A stretch of 64,000 nt of DNA. It comes from an uncultured Candidatus Saccharibacteria bacterium (GTDB lineage: Bacteria > Patescibacteriota > Saccharimonadia > Saccharimonadales > UBA10212). Location: assembly GCA_964624785.1 (NCBI GenBank), contig CAZUXR010000001.1, positions 213 through 64,212 on the forward strand. The letters are read 5' to 3'. The notes under the pieces were generated by a model. That model ran no database searches. It saw only the letters and a list, made by a program, of their open reading frames with translations, and was not told the origin of the DNA. Shown here in pieces: positions 61,071-64,000 of the stretch. Both the position numbers and the translations under genes were made by a program. Position 1 is the stretch's first letter, and each line of letters begins with the position of its first letter.

Positions 61071-61892
61071 CTATGGCCTAAGCGTACCGGCAAAAACTTG
61101 CCAAGCAAGAGCCGTTTTAGCAATTAGACTCAAAATAATATACACACGTTCGCCGTAAAGATAGTTCGACCAATGTCCAATCTTTTTGTACTGCAAGTAC
61201 ATATTGACGGCAAAGCTGCTAAATAAGATAAACAAACTAATGTAGATCGCGTACACAAAGCCAGGAACACCGCTTCCGTAGGTGTGAGCACTCCAAGTAT
61301 AGATCGCCAAAACAACCCATGGAGCCACGCCGCTCAGGCAGCCCACGTAGTAATTTGCCCAGTCAACTTTGTCTGAATTCTGGTTGCGCAGTTCCATTAC
61401 TAAGCCGGACAAACTCATGATTGCTACAAGAATAAAGATCATTACCAAACTAGAAAAGTCAAAAATGCCCGAAAGAAGCGCGATCCCCACCATCATCGTG
61501 CTGGCAGAAACAGAATATTCTATCCAGCGAGCGCGGTTAATACCCTTCTTAAGATCAGCTTCATAATGTTTGCGATAGCGGGTAGCCACAATCATGTGAG
61601 CAGCCGCACTCATAAAAAAGAACGCGGCAACGATGTAGGCAAGATTAATATCAAATAAGTGACGGCTGGCACTGGCTAAAACTGGGTGTCCACTGGACGT
61701 AGAAGCGACTTTGTCTAAAGCTAAAAAGTTAGTGGTAATCGGCTGGGAGCCATGGCTTGGATCGCTGATAACAAGCACTAATATACCCTGTAATGCGTGG
61801 GTGGCGGCCGCTATTAGATTGTACTTTCGCAGATTTTTGAATGTAATTTTTCCGGACTTTGGAGCTAAGCTTAATTGTTTAGGGACCCTCAT
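61071..61892 (-). CDS. heliorhodopsin (7-TM retinal protein, inverted-topology family)
   Basis: Collinear by eye with heliorhodopsin 48C12: NRARWIEYSVSASTMMVGIA (counterion Glu), VPGFVYAIYISLFILFSSFAVNMYLQYKKIGHWSNYLYGERVYIILSLIAKTALAWQVFAGTL (Schiff-base Lys in SLIAK), N-terminal THALQ and AAAHMIV His positions. Confidence 0.85.
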   Translation of the reverse strand: MRVPKQLSLAPKSGKITFKNLRKYNLIAAATHALQGILVLVISDPSHGSQPITTNFLALDKVASTSSGHPVLASASRHLFDINLAYIVAAFFFMSAAAHMIVATRYRKHYEADLKKGINRARWIEYSVSASTMMVGIALLSGIFDFSSLVMIFILVAIMSLSGLVMELRNQNSDKVDWANYYVGCLSGVAPWVVLAIYTWSAHTYGSGVPGFVYAIYISLFILFSSFAVNMYLQYKKIGHWSNYLYGERVYIILSLIAKTALAWQVFAGTLRP

Positions 61893-61984
61893 GAATACCG
61901 CCGACCTTTCTGGTTTTGAATTATTACTCTCTAGAGTTTACTACTTGATTGATCTGTACGCAAAACTCACTTATTGAGCCTGTC

Positions 61985-62356
61985 TTACCCTCCGAGTTCG
62001 TGGATGCGTTTGTGACCTAAACCATAGTAATGGGCTACTTCGTGCCAGATTGTTTTGTTGATTTTATCTTTAAGATCAGCAGTATCGGCGCTAATCGACA
62101 AAAGCGGATTTTTAAACAAGGTAATTTTATCCGGCAAAATTTTAACATCACTATTGCGCTGCGGCAACGGAATCCCTTCGTACAAACCAAGCAGAAGCTG
62201 ATTGTAACGCACGCCTAATTTGGTCTTTTGCTGCTCGCTAGGTCCGTCCTCTACTATGAATGCCACATTCTGCAAGTGCTCGCTATAGGTTTTTGGTATA
62301 GCATCAATCCCAGCCGCCACATAGTCGTTGAACTGCTTGTCGCTAATATTAATCAT
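61985..62356 (-). CDS. small zincin-like metallopeptidase family protein (DUF1025-type)
   Basis: C-terminal HEVAHYYG (HExxH). 123 aa. Confidence 0.7.
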   Translation of the reverse strand: MINISDKQFNDYVAAGIDAIPKTYSEHLQNVAFIVEDGPSEQQKTKLGVRYNQLLLGLYEGIPLPQRNSDVKILPDKITLFKNPLLSISADTADLKDKINKTIWHEVAHYYGLGHKRIHELGG

Positions 62357-62429
62357 TTAAATATACTACCATTTAGTAGTGGCGATTTATTGAATCACTT
62401 CCGTTTGAAGCCAGGAGTATAATACTTGT

Positions 62430-63107
62430 ATGGCTACCCTTAATGATAAAAAGCCTGCCGACCGGTTACGGTCGCTATTCAGAAGTGGTCGCGCGCAAAC
62501 TTGCCCAAAAAATCAGATAATACAATACCGTGGCGATGACCTTAATAACATTTACCTTATAAAAAAGGGTTTCGTCAAAGCTTACACCATATTAGATAGC
62601 GGCGACACCAGAACGTTGTTTATTCTGGGACCGAATGACATATTCCCTATCGCTTATTCTTTGGATACAAATTGGAAGAATTACAAAGTTCAATATTTTT
62701 ACCAAGCAATGACTGCTGTAGAAATGAGCATGATAGATAGCCTGCGGTTAAAAAAATCTATAGACTCCGAGATTGCTTTCACACACGCCTACCTGGGGTA
62801 TATGGCAAAAATGAACAGAGTTATAATGGCGCAGCTAGAAATTATGAAGAACAAAAAAGCGGTCGATAAAATGCTTTTACTGCTTCCTTATTTAATTAAA
62901 AAGATTGGCCGACAAATAAAGTCCAACACCTATCAATTTAAAGTTAAGTTGTCGCATCAAGAAATGGCAGATTTATCGGGGGTAACCCGAGAAACAACAA
63001 CCACCCTAATTAACCAGCTCGAGAAAAAGGGCAAAATACAACAAAAGAAGGGCAAGTGGATTATCAAGACAACCGAAGAAGAAGATAATCAAATAGATGA
63101 GTTTTAA
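62430..63107 (+). CDS. Crp/Fnr-family transcriptional regulator (cNMP-binding domain plus C-terminal HTH)
   Basis: A beta-roll region (IIQYRGDDLNNIYLIKKGFVKAY) and the HTH segment SHQEMADLSGVTRETTTTLINQLEKKG. Confidence 0.85.
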   Translation: MATLNDKKPADRLRSLFRSGRAQTCPKNQIIQYRGDDLNNIYLIKKGFVKAYTILDSGDTRTLFILGPNDIFPIAYSLDTNWKNYKVQYFYQAMTAVEMSMIDSLRLKKSIDSEIAFTHAYLGYMAKMNRVIMAQLEIMKNKKAVDKMLLLLPYLIKKIGRQIKSNTYQFKVKLSHQEMADLSGVTRETTTTLINQLEKKGKIQQKKGKWIIKTTEEEDNQIDEF

Positions 63108-63204
63108 AGACTGCAGTCCACTATTAACTCCGATACCAGGGGTTACGGGTTAAAATAGTTACAGCCGCCTGGGAGGGATCTGTGCTAAGCTTAGGCTGCG
63201 AAAT

Positions 63205-63711
63205 ATGGAGGTTGCTATGATGACTCAAAACCCACAAAACACAGGTAGCCTAACACTCCAACTGACTAGCCCCGTTTTCAGAGAAGGAGGAGTAATCCCA
63301 CCCCAATACACATGCAAGAGCAAAAGTAATGTTAATCCGCCGTTAAATATTGCTGGTGTACCAGATGCTGCAAAAAGTTTAGTGTTAATAGTGCACGATC
63401 CAGACGCTGTAGGCACCGATTATTTACACTGGATGATGTGGGACATTAGTCCAAAAATCGAGACGATTGGCGCTAATTCTGTGCCTGCTGGCGCGATTCA
63501 AGGCATTAATAGTGCCGGCACAAACTCTTACGTTGGCCCCTGCCCTCCCGTTGGATCAGGAACCCATCGCTATATTTTTGAGCTGTATGCGCTAGATACA
63601 ATCCTAGGTATGAATAACGAAAACTACACCTGGCGGGGACTGAAAGAAATTATGAAAACACACATTTTAGACCAACACAGGTTAACTGGCTTGGTGGCTG
63701 CAAGTTCTTAA
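63205..63711 (+). CDS. YbhB/YbcL-family PEBP (Raf kinase inhibitor-like) protein
   Basis: PPQYTC, LIVHDPDA and GPCPPVGSGTHRYIFELYALD motifs. The start is ambiguous among the first Met codons. Confidence 0.85.
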   Translation: MEVAMMTQNPQNTGSLTLQLTSPVFREGGVIPPQYTCKSKSNVNPPLNIAGVPDAAKSLVLIVHDPDAVGTDYLHWMMWDISPKIETIGANSVPAGAIQGINSAGTNSYVGPCPPVGSGTHRYIFELYALDTILGMNNENYTWRGLKEIMKTHILDQHRLTGLVAASS

Positions 63712-63717
63712 ATCCAA

Positions 63718-64000
63718 CTAGAAAGTCGAGTAGTAACTTTTAACCGTATCGAGGCATTCGGCTGTTAAGCCCGCGGGCAAGCTGTTGCATAGTTCTTTTG
63801 CCTGTGTATCGCTGTGGAAATAAGAGACAAAGTCCATGGCGGCACCCCGTATGCAGCTCCTTTGGGCCTCCTCTGTAGGGCCCAACAAACATCTGGTTCT
63901 GGTCTGGGTTACGTCACTAATACTATTGCCAGAAGCATCCCGCCCCAGACTGGTATAGCAAGTATCCCGATATAGCTCGTCTACGCCAGAACACAAGCTA
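63718..64000 (-). CDS. C-terminal part of a Cys-rich hypothetical protein (5' end outside the window)
   Basis: The frame is open to the window edge. 6 Cys in the 92 aa visible. No family recognised. Confidence 0.4.
   Translation of the reverse strand, partial: SLCSGVDELYRDTCYTSLGRDASGNSISDVTQTRTRCLLGPTEEAQRSCIRGAAMDFVSYFHSDTQAKELCNSLPAGLTAECLDTVKSYYSTF

Noticed and set aside
62357-62429. A TATAAT box 7 nt upstream of the crp-like start, suggesting a leaderless mRNA or a Crp/FNR autoregulatory site.
   Set aside because: No acceptable -35 element lies at 16-19 nt spacing, and no TGTGA-N6-TCACA or TTGAT-N4-ATCAA palindrome is present, so this is too speculative to report as a feature.

Overview
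This 64-kb window looks like a small, tightly packed bacterial genome with a background of about 45-50% G+C. The gene content resembles CPR/Patescibacteria, and specifically Saccharibacteria; this placement is an inference from gene content only. Supporting signs are a compact mraZ-rsmH-ftsL-ftsI-mraY-ftsW-murG-ftsQ cluster, an FtsEX plus PcsB-like CHAP hydrolase plus S41 protease cluster, a VirD4-like ATPase fragment, many short hypothetical membrane proteins, and frequent ATGA/GTGA start-stop overlaps. The standard genetic code applies, because TGA ends carA, pdaD and the M16 peptidase at normal lengths. Well-supported housekeeping genes are carB/carA, pyrB, pyrC, a pyrD-like gene, pyrG, tgt, glyQS, serS, secA, prfB, rpmA, recO, xseA/xseB and ftsE/ftsX. 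I recognised no rRNA gene, tRNA gene or CRISPR array. Six things stand out. (1) A heliorhodopsin gene heads a tight same-strand run with a 36-aa TM micro-ORF, a Cys-rich PD-(D/E)XK nuclease and an HD-GYP-like phosphohydrolase, and a cNMP-binding Crp/Fnr regulator sits just upstream. (2) Six short high-GC islets sit in intergenic gaps between housekeeping genes, and each carries one small ORF. The clearest encodes a stand-alone protein very similar to the actinobacterial ClpC1 N-terminal domain. (3) A family of phase-locked heptanucleotide mosaic repeats of about 150 bp occurs in intergenic DNA. These repeats overlap several gene 3' ends and also occur in-frame inside prfB and an RNA methyltransferase. 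(4) Two 129-nt elements closed by 20-bp terminal stems flank rsmH and show one compensatory change in an internal hairpin. (5) A family of long AT-armed palindromes with a GCGATCGC core sits upstream of carA and pyrG, and a related 31-bp inverted repeat brackets a membrane-anchored wHTH regulator. (6) A phased GTGGGTA repeat array upstream of mraZ is a probable MraZ operator. All calls rest on reading the sequence and the ORF translations by eye. No database search was run.
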